The notes: a model not told the origin generated them from the letters alone. A stretch of 64,000 nt of DNA from Nitrosopumilaceae archaeon (GCA_965207375.1 OZ242274.1:1984001-2048000), one strand, 5' to 3'. Counted from the stretch's first letter, positions 19,822 to 30,459 are shown. Numbers and translations are program-made.

Positions 19822-21009
19822 ATGGGAGAGTTTAAGGAATTTGCAGAGGCCCTATTTGGACAGTTATCTGTGGAATTAAACGAAGAAAAAGAGATTGCAG
19901 AGCTAGCAGCAAGGGCAAGAGAGGACCTAGGAGAAATTCAATTCAGAAAACTTGAAGATATTGCAAATGAGGTTTTACCTGCCTACAAAGAAAAGATAAA
20001 AGAATTCACAGGCATAGAAATTGCCGACAATATAAAAATTAAATTCCCAGAATTAGAAGAATTAAAAAGAATCAAAGGGGATAAGGTCTTTGCAGATGGA
20101 GCATCAAGACAATTCGTTACAGAACTGTTTGAGGCAGTAGCAAAAGAAGACTATCACAAAATAGCAGAGATGATGGAAAAAGACACTGCCAAATATCTGG
20201 TATATTCTACTTATGCAATTCAGTACATATCAAAAATTACCACCACATACGGAGATTATCTAGATTCGGTGATTTATTTGAATAAATTTATTCTGTCAAG
20301 ATATCCTCAAATTATCTTGCACAAACAGGGCAAACCGTATGAATCTAAATTCGATGACGTAAACTCTGGATATCTAGGTGCTGTAAAGATGACAGTATTA
20401 GAAGAGTTGATACATTCTACACAGAAAAATTTGCATCAAATCAACATAGAGGCAGCATCAAAGGTAAATAAAATCAACGAGGAATTAGCAGGCACAATTC
20501 TTGCATTAGATACACACACAATAAACAAGCTTACAGAATACTGTCAGCTGCAGGCAGTACCAGACGATTTCCCATTTGCAAAAAAGGCAAATTTGTTTTT
20601 CTTTTTGAATCCAGATCATTTCCTAATTGAGCAAATAGGACCTGATGTAATGACATTTACACATGTAGAAATTGATCCAAAAATTGCAGAATCTATTCCT
20701 ACTCTACTAGATATTTACAAAAGATGGTTGATTCCAATTCAACAACATCACGCAGCCTTTACAGTAATGGAGGGAATGGCAGCATTTGCAATTGAAGGCA
20801 TTTTAAAAGATGATCCAGATTTTCAGAACTATCTTACAACGTTTATGGGAACCGACATCTCTGCATATCAGGTAAGAAAAGGCATAGGCAAGGACTTTAT
20901 CAAGGCAGTCTATAAAAAGTACAAAAAAGACACATTCAAAAAAATCATCAAAGAGCCTCCCTCTACTAGGGATTTGAAGAATCCGCAGGCATATCTAGAA
21001 AATCACTAG
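19822..21009 (+). CDS. Conserved hypothetical protein, possible zincin-like fold
   Basis: EELIHSTQ (degenerate HEXXH), MEGMA, Y..G..F pattern. Confidence 0.7.
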   Translation: MGEFKEFAEALFGQLSVELNEEKEIAELAARAREDLGEIQFRKLEDIANEVLPAYKEKIKEFTGIEIADNIKIKFPELEELKRIKGDKVFADGASRQFVTELFEAVAKEDYHKIAEMMEKDTAKYLVYSTYAIQYISKITTTYGDYLDSVIYLNKFILSRYPQIILHKQGKPYESKFDDVNSGYLGAVKMTVLEELIHSTQKNLHQINIEAASKVNKINEELAGTILALDTHTINKLTEYCQLQAVPDDFPFAKKANLFFFLNPDHFLIEQIGPDVMTFTHVEIDPKIAESIPTLLDIYKRWLIPIQQHHAAFTVMEGMAAFAIEGILKDDPDFQNYLTTFMGTDISAYQVRKGIGKDFIKAVYKKYKKDTFKKIIKEPPSTRDLKNPQAYLENH

Positions 21010-21020
21010 GAAGTCAAATT

Positions 21021-21836
21021 TTGAATGAGCAAAAAATAGCACACTGGCTTGAGATTTCAAACGATTCTAGACTCAGCCTAGTGGAAAAATGCCTCAACCT
21101 TGCAAAGTTAGTTGAATATCAGGATTTAGACATAACAAAGTATGCAAAGAAGATCAAGGAGATAGGGGATGCACTGCATGAAACCATCAACGAAATAAAA
21201 AACCCGACGTATCTAATTTCAATGCTAAATGAACATCTCTTTGATAATTTTGGACTAGTAGGGGATGAGGACGATTACTATAACCCCAAGAATAATTTCC
21301 TCAATGAAGTAATTGACAAAAAATCAGGATTGCCAATTACAGTATCAATAATCTATGTTGAAATTGCAAAATACATAGGACTTGACATGCAGCTAGTTGG
21401 ATTTCCAAGTCACGTCCTAGTAAAATACAAAGATGAGTTAGTGTTAGATCCGTTTTATGGTGGAAGGGTGGTACAAGTAGAAGACATGCAACAAATTCTT
21501 GATATGAATTTTGAAGGGACCTTAGAATTTTCTCCCGAATTTTTAACTGCAATATCGACTAGGCAGATACTGGTTCGCATTATTAGAAATCTAAAAAATT
21601 CATACATGCAATCATATGCTTTTGAAAAGGCACTGCTTTGTGTAGACCTAGCAATGACGCTAGAAAAGGATGTGGCAATAGACATCAGAGACAGGGGCAT
21701 AATTGAGGAAAGATTATCTCATTATGATTTGGCATTAGAACATCTAAAACAGTACCTAGAGGCTAGTCCTAATGCAGAGGATGCAGATTTTGTTTTGGGT
21801 TTGATACAAAATATTAGAGAAAAGATCAATCAATGA
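21021..21836 (+). CDS. SirB1-like transglutaminase-core plus TPR protein
   Basis: YYNPKNNFLNEV...GLPI, GFPSH, DPF, RNLK, RDRG motifs. Confidence 0.88.
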   Translation: MNEQKIAHWLEISNDSRLSLVEKCLNLAKLVEYQDLDITKYAKKIKEIGDALHETINEIKNPTYLISMLNEHLFDNFGLVGDEDDYYNPKNNFLNEVIDKKSGLPITVSIIYVEIAKYIGLDMQLVGFPSHVLVKYKDELVLDPFYGGRVVQVEDMQQILDMNFEGTLEFSPEFLTAISTRQILVRIIRNLKNSYMQSYAFEKALLCVDLAMTLEKDVAIDIRDRGIIEERLSHYDLALEHLKQYLEASPNAEDADFVLGLIQNIREKINQ

Positions 21837-21999
21837 TGGAACTAATATCTTGGCCCTTTTTGATCATGTCAATCTCATGACGTGCAATTTTATTTCTCAT
21901 TGCCTTTTTGAATATGTTTACCTCTTCGCGAAGTAAAGCAACCTCATCTTCTAGCTTGGCCACTCTTTCATAAATGGTCTCAGCATCGTCTGAACTCAT
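21826..21999 (-). CDS. Small coiled-coil hypothetical protein (57 aa, below ORF-track cutoff)
   Basis: Manual translation MSSDDAETIYERVAKLEDEVALLREEVNIFKKAMRNKIARHEIDMIKKGQDISSIID*. Confidence 0.7.
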   Translation of the reverse strand: MSSDDAETIYERVAKLEDEVALLREEVNIFKKAMRNKIARHEIDMIKKGQDISSIID

Positions 22000-22505
22000 G
22001 TTGAAGTAGTAAAGAAATTATCTTAAAAAGCTAACCATTGGCAAAAAGCCCCCTAGACATCAGGGCTCAAATTGACGATTAGGCGTACATGATGCGCAAA
22101 ATTTGTGTTTTGTGCAGTATTTGGGGGCACAATCTAGGTTTTGATATAATCAGGTACATGGGTATTGTAGGGCTTTTGGATATTTTGCTCAAAAATTTTT
22201 CCCAATAACTTAGTCAAAATAGATTGGCACATGCTTGGGTCATAGATTTTGCAGGTATGAAATTTTTACATGTGTTCAAAAATTAGGTACAGAATTTATC
22301 ATAATTTTCCTAGTTTAGGCAGGTTGTGCTACTGTTAGTAGTTTTGTTATTTTAGTTAAAGCACCTGAGCTAAATTTTGAATTTCCTTGTTGTGTCAATC
22401 TACCACAGACAATTCGGAGAAAATTATGTCCTGCTTGCCACTAGCACTTAATTCAGAAGAACTGAAAATATTAAAACTTAATATAATTTCAAATGTATTG
22501 TATGG

Positions 22506-22572
22506 TATAGTCGTGTATGACTCTTTGGGGCGATCTGGGATCGCGCCCAAAGCAAATGGATGCACGCCTAGC
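22506..22572 (+). ncRNA. Putative structured RNA downstream of and convergent with the DUF3800-like gene
   Basis: Nested stems CGTGTAT/ATGCACG, CTTTGGG/CCCAAAG, GCGATC/GATCGC; TATA-like TTAATATA at 22478-22485. Confidence 0.55.
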
Positions 22573-22578
22573 ATTTCA

Positions 22579-23130
22579 TTATTCTTGAATGTTTTTTCTA
22601 CAATCTATTTCAACTATGCCCTTTTGTTCTAGTCCTCGATTATTGGCCCACGTAACAATATCTGATAAAATATACGAATTTCATTTATAGGCATATGTAA
22701 TTCCGTTGTCCTTTAGAAAATCTACACAATCAGAATCACATTCAAAGACAATGTCTGATATGATGTTATTGTGGGAATAAGCAAAGGCCTCTATGTTTTT
22801 ACGTATTTCGTGAAATAGTACACGATTGTATGTTTGGAAATTTTTTTTGCTTTTGGACTGTTTTTTATTTTTACTCTTTTTATTTTTAAATTTTGCAATT
22901 ATATCATCGCGATCTATTCTAATGCAGAATCCGGTTATCTTCTTGCCGTCAAATTTCAAGGCAGATGTGATGTTACTACGGTTTGTATTGTTTTTAGATA
23001 TTTGATTGAAATTCAATCTCTTTGCAACAGAATTGATTTTTTCAGGTGTTCCAATAACAATGCCCATGAATCGATAATTACCCTGATCCGGATTGTCTGA
23101 TACATCTATTCCTGCAACAAGTGATACCAT
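22579..23130 (-). pseudogene. DUF3800-like (RNase H fold) protein with in-frame TGA
   Basis: AGIDVS.N first strand, FECD.D, and past TGA (22681-22683) the frame continues NSYILSDIVTWANN to TAA at 22579. Confidence 0.62.
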
Positions 23131-23271
23131 GGTACATCAATCATGTTTTTCGCTTAACATTGCCACAAACACATCAATATCTTTATCGTTAAAATCTTTT
23201 TTTCATCTCGTTTAGTATAATTTTTTGTAACTAATCGATTTTATAAAGTGCCATACAACATCTTCTCACAC

Positions 23272-23574
23272 CTACAAATCAACAATTAATGAATAAATAA
23301 AATCACCATATTCGTCATCTGAGAAATTCACAGTTTCAAACTTTTTTTTATCAATTGCAATTTTAAGAGATTCCAAGTGATAACACCACTCCTTTCCGTG
23401 TAATCTAGAAAAGTAAAATCCAGCACAGGAACAAAACTCCAAATCAACATCTACCCAATATTCCCCACCTGCTCCAACAACGGTCCAGATGCGACGATTG
23501 CTAGGTTCAAAAACATGTAACTTTACACGTCTGTTTTCAACGGCGTCTGTGATTTTCTCAGAGTGGTCCCTCAC
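23272..23574 (-). CDS. SWIM zinc-finger protein
   Basis: FCSCAGF...WCYH (CxC...CxH), WTVVG..GEY. Confidence 0.85.
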   Translation of the reverse strand: MRDHSEKITDAVENRRVKLHVFEPSNRRIWTVVGAGGEYWVDVDLEFCSCAGFYFSRLHGKEWCYHLESLKIAIDKKKFETVNFSDDEYGDFIYSLIVDL

Positions 23575-23605
23575 AACAGATTAATCACCTCTCCAAATTA
23601 TATTC

Positions 23606-24358
23606 TTGATGGTCACAAGCAGGATTGTTCCCTCAAAGCCTGCATTGCTAGTACAGGATGAAAAAAAATACCTAGTTGTGTCAGACTTGCACATTGGATT
23701 TGAATCAAAACTTGCAGCAAACAATGTCTTTATCGGAAAAAACTCCACAGTACAGGAGACAATTTCAGAAATCACAGACATTATAAAACAGCAAAAACCG
23801 GATTCGCTGATGCTTTTAGGAGACATAAAGTCAAGCATAAAATCAATCACAAATGCAGAATGGAGTGATGTTCCAATATTTTTTGAGGAGATGAAAAAAA
23901 TGCTAGAGGTGATTTTAATTCCTGGAAATCACGATTCAAACATACAGAAATTAATCCCAGAGGACATCACACTAATCAGCCCGTCAGGACTCGTACTAGA
24001 CAACGCACTGTTTACCCACGGACACACGATACCGTCTGAGAATTTTTCACATGTAGAAAAAATCATAATGGGCCACATACATCCGGTATTTTTTGATGAC
24101 GAATCCGTACTAAATGGACAAAGAGTGTGGATCTCATTAAAATCACAAAAGGAGGATATCTTTCCATCAGCCAAAGGTCAGCTTGAAATTTTGCTAGTAC
24201 CCTCATTTAACAAATATCTTTACGCAACACACAAACAAAAATACAAAAAATCAATCTCCCCAATAATACAAAAAATCAAAAAGGTACAGTCTGCAAAAAT
24301 TGTGACACTAGATGGCTCCATTATAGGAGATGAAAACATACTAGAGAAGATAATCTAG
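23606..24358 (+). CDS. Calcineurin-like metallophosphoesterase
   Basis: SDLHIG, LGD, GNHD, THGH, GHIHP. Confidence 0.92.
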   Translation: MMVTSRIVPSKPALLVQDEKKYLVVSDLHIGFESKLAANNVFIGKNSTVQETISEITDIIKQQKPDSLMLLGDIKSSIKSITNAEWSDVPIFFEEMKKMLEVILIPGNHDSNIQKLIPEDITLISPSGLVLDNALFTHGHTIPSENFSHVEKIIMGHIHPVFFDDESVLNGQRVWISLKSQKEDIFPSAKGQLEILLVPSFNKYLYATHKQKYKKSISPIIQKIKKVQSAKIVTLDGSIIGDENILEKII

Positions 24359-27300
24359 TTGTAATCAAAGTATGGCTCTAGTGGTTTTTTGGTGGTTTCG
24401 TTGTTTTGCAGCCACTCTAGCGTCTTTACAAAGGACTCTGCTAGCTCCAGTGTGGTCAGTACCGGAATGCCCAGCTCCAGTGACTTTCTTCGTATTTGAA
24501 ACTCATCCTCAAGCATTCCTACATATTTTTCAAGTGTGGCAGTACTTGGAATATTGATAATAAAATCAATCTTGCGCTCGTGTAACAGGTCAGCAATATT
24601 GGGCTTTCTTTGGGGCTCGCTGATTTTGTGTACTACCTGAATTTGCCCTATCTTTTCCTCAAAGAACTCAGCAGTATGCTCAGTTGCAAGTATTTTAAAT
24701 CCAAGGCTTTTAAGCAGGGCAATTGTATGAAGCAGCTTTTCCTTGTTTTGACCTCCCCCAACAGTTACTAGGGCAGTTCCCTTTGATGGTAGGTTGTATC
24801 CAACAGATGTCAGTCCCTTTGATAATGCATCATAAAAGCTAGAGCCAAAGCAGGCAGCCTCTCCTGTGGACTGCATTTCAACTCCTAAAACAATGTCTGC
24901 ACCATCAAGCTGCATAAAGGAGAATTGTGGTACCTTGATTCCATATGTGTGAATTTTTTTCCAAGCATCATCTGCAATTGAGGGCAACGCATTTCCCAAA
25001 ATTGCCTTTGATGCCAAATTAATCAGGTTGGTGCGTACAAGTTTTGAGACAAATGGCATAGAGCGAGATGCCCTAATGTTTAGTTCTATGACATACACCT
25101 GATTATCATGTACCAAAAATTGCAGGTTAAAAGGCCCCCGAATGTTAAAGGTGGTTGCTATCTTTTTTGTATAATCAGTTACCGTTTCTAGGATTTTGTT
25201 ATTTAATCTCCAAGGCGGAATACACATCATGGCGTCCCCCGAATGCACACCTGCACTGTCAATATGCTCCACAATGGCGCCAATTACAACATTTTCTCCG
25301 TCGCATACCCCATCTACATCTAACTCTAGTGAGTTTAGCATGAACTTTGAAATTACAACCGGATGATCCGGTGAAAGCATGGTTGCGTTTTGAACGTATG
25401 TTTTGAGTTCATCTTGTGACCAAACCACCTTCATTGCAGCTCCGCTGAGCACGTATGACGGTCGTACAATTACAGGATATCCCACATTTTGTGCAAAGGA
25501 TTTTGCTTCAGCCGTAGTTGAAAACGCCTGCCAGGGAGGCTGTTTGATGTGAAGTTTATCAAGCTCACCGCTGAAAATGGAGCGGTTTTCTGCGCGGTCG
25601 ATATCGCATGCAGAGGTTCCCAAGATACAAACTCCAGAGTCTGCAAGTTTTGGAGTAAGATTGTTGGCAGTTTGTCCTCCTACACACGTAACTACGCCTT
25701 TGGAATCCTCAAATTCTGCAATATCTAAGATTCGCTCATGTGTCAGCTCCTCAAAATATAGTCTGCTGCAGATATCATAATCAGTAGATACTGTTTCAGG
25801 ATTGCAGTTTACCACAGATACGTTTTTTTCTCCGTTTTCCTGCAAGCCCCAGACCATGTTGACTGTGCCCCAGTCAAATTCAACGCTGCTTCCGATACGA
25901 TACGGTCCTGCACCTAAGACCAAAATGCCTTTTTGTTCATCGGTAATTGTAACGTCGTTGTGGCTTCCGCCATAAGTCATGTATAGATAGTTAGTCTTTG
26001 CAGGCCATTCGGCTGCCAGCGTATCAATCTGCTTTACCACAGGAACAATGCCGTGTTTTTTTCTGATTGCTCGAATTTGATCTGCCTCTTTTTTGGTGGC
26101 CCTTGCAATCTGCTTGTCAGAAAAGCCCATCTTCTTGGATTGAGCAAGCAGTTCTGGTATAAGCTCCTTTTGGGAAAGTGACTTTGCAATATACACGATG
26201 TTTTTTATTTTTTCAATAAACCAGGGATCAATTGAGGATAGATTGTGGATTTTCTCAACATCTAGTCCCATGGATAGTGCGATAGATACGTAATACAGGA
26301 TTTGATCGTCCATCTTTGATAGGTGGTTTTCTATCTCTTCTTCGGTGTAGGTTTTAGTATCAAAGCGATTTAAAACTAGGCCGTCGTTTCCTATATCCAA
26401 CATGCGAATTGCCTTTTGCAGTGATTCCTCAAAACTTCTACCTATGGCCATGACCTCGCCTACAGATTTCATGGTCGGGCCAAGTTTGCGGTTGACTAGT
26501 TCAAATTTTCCAAAATCCCATCGCGGATGCTTACATACGATATAATCCAAAGATGGTTCAAAGCATGCAGTTGTGGATTTTGTGATGCGGTTTTCAAGCT
26601 CGGCCAAAGTGTAACCTAGGCCAATTTTTGCAGACATGTATGCCAAAGGGTATCCTGTGGCCTTGCTGGCAAGAGCAGATGAGCGTGAAAGTCTTGGGTT
26701 AATTTCGATTGCCACATATCTTGCAGAGTCAGGATCTAATGCATATTGAATATTACATTCTCCAACGATACCAACATGTTTAGTGGCGCGCAGTGCAGCA
26801 GAACGCAACATGTGATACTCGTAGTTGTCAATTGTTTGCGACGGTGCAACCACTATATTGTCACCTGTGTGTGCCTTCATTGAAAGGACATTTTCCATGT
26901 TGCACACAATTACGTTGTTTCCTGCATAATCCTGCATTACCTCATACTCGATTTGTTTCCAGTGTCCGATATATTCCTCAATTAGGACCTGGCCTACAAG
27001 TGATGCATTAATTCCACGCTCAATTATCTCGTGTAGCTCTATTTCATTGTGAGCCACACCTCCTCCCTTTCCACCTAGAGTATATGCGACCCGTATGATT
27101 ACAGGATATCCTAGCTCCTCAGTTGCTTTTTTTGCATCCTCAAAGTTTCCAACGGTGCGGCTTTTGAGAACAGGAACGTTACATTGAATCATTGAGTCCT
27201 TGAACAATTGTCTGTCTTCGGTTCTTTTGATTCCAGGAATCTGTGTACCCAAGACTCGAATTCCGTATTTTGATAAAATGCCCGATTCGTCTAGTTTGAC

Positions 27301-27597
27301 GCCACAATTTAGGGCAGTCTGACCTCCATAGGCCAACATGATTGCATCGGGACGTTCAGATTCGATTATGGATTCAACATACTTTGGGGTGACAGGCAAC
27401 AAATAGACCTGGTCTGCAAATCTGGTATCGGTCTGGATGGTGGCAACATTTGGATTAATCAGGATGCTTTTTAGGCCGTCTTCATGAATTGCCTTGAGAC
27501 ACTGGCTACCAGAATAATCAAACTCGCCTGCCTCCCCGATTTTGATTGCCCCACTTCCCAGAACTAGGATTTTGTTTAGGTCCTCGTGTTTTGGCAA
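24355..27597 (-). CDS. carB: Carbamoyl-phosphate synthase large subunit
   Basis: GSGAIKIGEAGEFDYSG, NPRLSRSSALASKATG, duplicated ATP-grasp halves, MGS domain. Confidence 0.98.
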   Translation of the reverse strand: MPKHEDLNKILVLGSGAIKIGEAGEFDYSGSQCLKAIHEDGLKSILINPNVATIQTDTRFADQVYLLPVTPKYVESIIESERPDAIMLAYGGQTALNCGVKLDESGILSKYGIRVLGTQIPGIKRTEDRQLFKDSMIQCNVPVLKSRTVGNFEDAKKATEELGYPVIIRVAYTLGGKGGGVAHNEIELHEIIERGINASLVGQVLIEEYIGHWKQIEYEVMQDYAGNNVIVCNMENVLSMKAHTGDNIVVAPSQTIDNYEYHMLRSAALRATKHVGIVGECNIQYALDPDSARYVAIEINPRLSRSSALASKATGYPLAYMSAKIGLGYTLAELENRITKSTTACFEPSLDYIVCKHPRWDFGKFELVNRKLGPTMKSVGEVMAIGRSFEESLQKAIRMLDIGNDGLVLNRFDTKTYTEEEIENHLSKMDDQILYYVSIALSMGLDVEKIHNLSSIDPWFIEKIKNIVYIAKSLSQKELIPELLAQSKKMGFSDKQIARATKKEADQIRAIRKKHGIVPVVKQIDTLAAEWPAKTNYLYMTYGGSHNDVTITDEQKGILVLGAGPYRIGSSVEFDWGTVNMVWGLQENGEKNVSVVNCNPETVSTDYDICSRLYFEELTHERILDIAEFEDSKGVVTCVGGQTANNLTPKLADSGVCILGTSACDIDRAENRSIFSGELDKLHIKQPPWQAFSTTAEAKSFAQNVGYPVIVRPSYVLSGAAMKVVWSQDELKTYVQNATMLSPDHPVVISKFMLNSLELDVDGVCDGENVVIGAIVEHIDSAGVHSGDAMMCIPPWRLNNKILETVTDYTKKIATTFNIRGPFNLQFLVHDNQVYVIELNIRASRSMPFVSKLVRTNLINLASKAILGNALPSIADDAWKKIHTYGIKVPQFSFMQLDGADIVLGVEMQSTGEAACFGSSFYDALSKGLTSVGYNLPSKGTALVTVGGGQNKEKLLHTIALLKSLGFKILATEHTAEFFEEKIGQIQVVHKISEPQRKPNIADLLHERKIDFIINIPSTATLEKYVGMLEDEFQIRRKSLELGIPVLTTLELAESFVKTLEWLQNNETTKKPLEPYFDYN

Positions 27598-27598
27598 T

Positions 27599-28741
27599 CT
27601 AGTTTTGCTCCATGAGTTTTTTTAATCTATCAAAAATAAATTTACAGTCATAAGGTCCAGGAGAGGCTTCGGGATGAAACTGCACGGCGATAGTTTTTTG
27701 GCTCTTGTGCTTTATGCCTTCAACTGTCTTATCATCTGCATTTGTAAACCACAAATCAAATTCGGAATCGCAAAGTGAGTCCGGATCTATGCAATAGCCA
27801 TGATTCTGACTTGTAACATATACCTGGTCATTTTCCAAATCTATACACGGTTTGTTTTGACCTCGGTGGCCATATTTGAGCTTGTATGTTTTGGCATTTC
27901 CTGCAAGGCCTATAATTTGTGCGCCAAGACATATTCCCAAGGTAGGTATGTTTTTTGCCATAAGTGTCTTGGCAGTTTGAATCGTATCTGGACAGTGCTC
28001 AGGGTCGCCTGGACCATTGCTAATTACGACTCCTTTTGGATTATACGACAGAATCTTCTCAGCAGAAGTATTCCATGGAACTTTGATTACCTTGTATCCC
28101 AGCTCCCTTATGTTTCGTAAAATGGCATTTTTTGCACCAGTGTCTACCACAACAACGGATTCAGAGTCGCTGCCAAACTCTTGGATTGTTTTAGTTGATA
28201 CCGTATCCATAAACCGTTCAGAATTGTAATGCTTTGCATTTGCAAGCAGTTGTTTTATTGGTGTTTCATCAATTGGATCATCAGATACTGCAAGTGCTCC
28301 CATCATTACACCCTTGGTGCACAGTTTTTTTGTTAGTGCACGGGTATCAATTCCAGATATTCCAGGTATTTTTTCATTGTATAGCCATTCATCTAGTGTA
28401 AGTGAGAGATTCCAATGACTTGCAGTAAGTGATAGTTCGTGTACTATTAAACCACGGATTTGAATTCTGTCAGACTCTAGTGTTTCAGATATTCCATCAG
28501 AATCTTTTTTTGTAGGATCAGGCACCCCGTAATTTCCAACCAACGGATAGGTCAGTGTAAGTATTTGGCCGCTGTATGACGGATCAGTCAACGTCTCGGG
28601 ATATCCCACCATCCCAGTATTGAACACAACCTCACCTGAAACGATAGTAGGATAGCCAAAGCCCATTCCTTCAACAACGGTGCCGTCATCGAAGATCAGC
28701 TTTGCAAACTTGTTTGCATGGTTGGATTTTTTTGTAGTTAT
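27599..28741 (-). CDS. carA: Carbamoyl-phosphate synthase small subunit (5' end extended to a putative ATA start)
   Basis: GEVVFNTGMVGY, SNGPGDP, GICLG, QFHPE; frame open upstream of 28666 through KLIFDDGTVVEG. Confidence 0.95.
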   Translation of the reverse strand: MTTKKSNHANKFAKLIFDDGTVVEGMGFGYPTIVSGEVVFNTGMVGYPETLTDPSYSGQILTLTYPLVGNYGVPDPTKKDSDGISETLESDRIQIRGLIVHELSLTASHWNLSLTLDEWLYNEKIPGISGIDTRALTKKLCTKGVMMGALAVSDDPIDETPIKQLLANAKHYNSERFMDTVSTKTIQEFGSDSESVVVVDTGAKNAILRNIRELGYKVIKVPWNTSAEKILSYNPKGVVISNGPGDPEHCPDTIQTAKTLMAKNIPTLGICLGAQIIGLAGNAKTYKLKYGHRGQNKPCIDLENDQVYVTSQNHGYCIDPDSLCDSEFDLWFTNADDKTVEGIKHKSQKTIAVQFHPEASPGPYDCKFIFDRLKKLMEQN

Positions 28742-29265
28742 TGTGACCCTCGTGAACTGCTTTTGATTTGTGATTTAAATTTTATGAGTCTTGATCGCTG
28801 ATCGGGGAGGGTCTAGCGTAATTATACACAGTATGCCAATTATTTCAGATCTAAAAAGAATGAAGAGGTCAGATATAGGCATGAATTTGTTGGAGTTCTT
28901 TTGTTTAATAGGCCTAGTAAAATTTTCTAGATCGCATCTTGGTATAAGAGTCAGACCTAAAATTTCTCAGACAATAACACAACCTACCTAAACTAGTGAA
29001 AAGTGTGATAAATTTTGTGCTTAAAATTTGGATTACGCTACTAGCTACCAAAATGCAAAGAGAATAATAGTAGCAGGGTAAGAATTTGGGCCACATTTCG
29101 CTTAGCTGACAAAAGTTATAGAATTATAATCAAGGCATACATCGATATATTTGGAGACGATTTCAAAGCATGCAATCCAGAAAACTTTCAACAGTTAACG
29201 CAGAAGAGCAGTTATCTCAAGTACTATCACGTGTTTGAATTATAATCACTGAAATTAATACAAGT

Positions 29266-30459
29266 CTAGAGTGCCCTGAACTGGTCACTCCATTTGTGAT
29301 ATGCTCTAATCATGTCTAATGAGACGCTTGGCTTTCTTTCTGCCATAATGCTTCTAAAATTGGCCATAGATATTGGCTCTGGTTGTGGTGGCTCCTCACC
29401 GTCTACTGGTTCATGATAATCAGGGGAGCTAAACAGTTGGTGTACTGCATGCAGCTGCGCACTTTGACATACATCCTTGATGTCACTTGCGCTGTATCCG
29501 TCAAACAGCTTTGCAAGTTCCATAGAGTTTACAGCGTGATCTTTGCATAATGGATCAGTATACAGATCAAATAGATTCTCTCGTGCCTCTTGGTTTGGCA
29601 GATTAACATAGATTCTCTTTTGAAATCTTCTCAAAAATGGAGAATCCAGACTCCAAGGTTTGTTTGTAGCACCTATGACGTATAATTTCAGATCCTTTCC
29701 TTTGTCGTTGATGCCGTCCATCTCAGTTAGAAACTGGTTTTTGGTGCGAACCTCTCCTCCGACCTCGCTGTTTCTTGAACCTAGTAAAGAGTCGACCTCA
29801 TCAACAAATAGAATCACAGGTTTGTTTTCTTTTTCGGCATACCCTCTTGCCATGCCAAATATTTTAGAGACATTTTTTTCTGCCTCGCCTAGCCATTTAC
29901 TCATCATAGATGCAGCATCTACATTGATAAAGTATCCATCAATTTCACTTGCAGTGGCTGCTGCAAGAATTGTTTTTCCACAGCCTGGCGGGCCGTACAG
30001 GAGCATTCCACGAGGCCATCCTAGTGGGAAAAGATCAGCCCGTTTAGTAGGATATACAATCGATTCACGTAATGCATTTTTTGCATCATCTAGTCCAATA
30101 ACTTCGGTCCAGCTAATATCAGGTTTTTCTTTTAGTATTAAATCTTCAAAATCGTTGTTTGCCTCCTGCTGGCCTAGAGATTTTTTTTGCTCCGCAGGAG
30201 AGGCGTTTGGATCAACTACAGGATCTGCACCATGTGCCTCCTGCAATGCCTTTATCCTATTATGATACGAATTTGTTCTTTCCTTGTAAATTGGGTTTAA
30301 TTTGCTTGCAGGGTACAGACGCATCAGTTTTACTAGTGTGTCAATTGCCTTTTGATAATTGGTAATTGCCATGCCTCGGGCACCTTGTGAATCGAATTTT
30401 ATTGCATCAGAGGCATACTTGCTTGCACTATTTTCTAATTCTTGTGGAGCCATACTCAT
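29266..30459 (-). CDS. cdvC: Vps4/CdvC AAA ATPase with N-terminal MIT domain
   Basis: MIT-like N-terminus, GPPGCGKT, MSKWLGEAEK, FVDEVDS, GATNKPW, RRFQKRIY. Confidence 0.9.
   Translation of the reverse strand: MSMAPQELENSASKYASDAIKFDSQGARGMAITNYQKAIDTLVKLMRLYPASKLNPIYKERTNSYHNRIKALQEAHGADPVVDPNASPAEQKKSLGQQEANNDFEDLILKEKPDISWTEVIGLDDAKNALRESIVYPTKRADLFPLGWPRGMLLYGPPGCGKTILAAATASEIDGYFINVDAASMMSKWLGEAEKNVSKIFGMARGYAEKENKPVILFVDEVDSLLGSRNSEVGGEVRTKNQFLTEMDGINDKGKDLKLYVIGATNKPWSLDSPFLRRFQKRIYVNLPNQEARENLFDLYTDPLCKDHAVNSMELAKLFDGYSASDIKDVCQSAQLHAVHQLFSSPDYHEPVDGEEPPQPEPISMANFRSIMAERKPSVSLDMIRAYHKWSDQFRAL

Noticed and set aside
29660-30265. Long antisense ORFs (also 15576-15995, 35328-35798, 44525-45076, 55118-55567 and others)
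   Set aside because: Shadows of well-supported genes on the opposite strand with no motifs of their own
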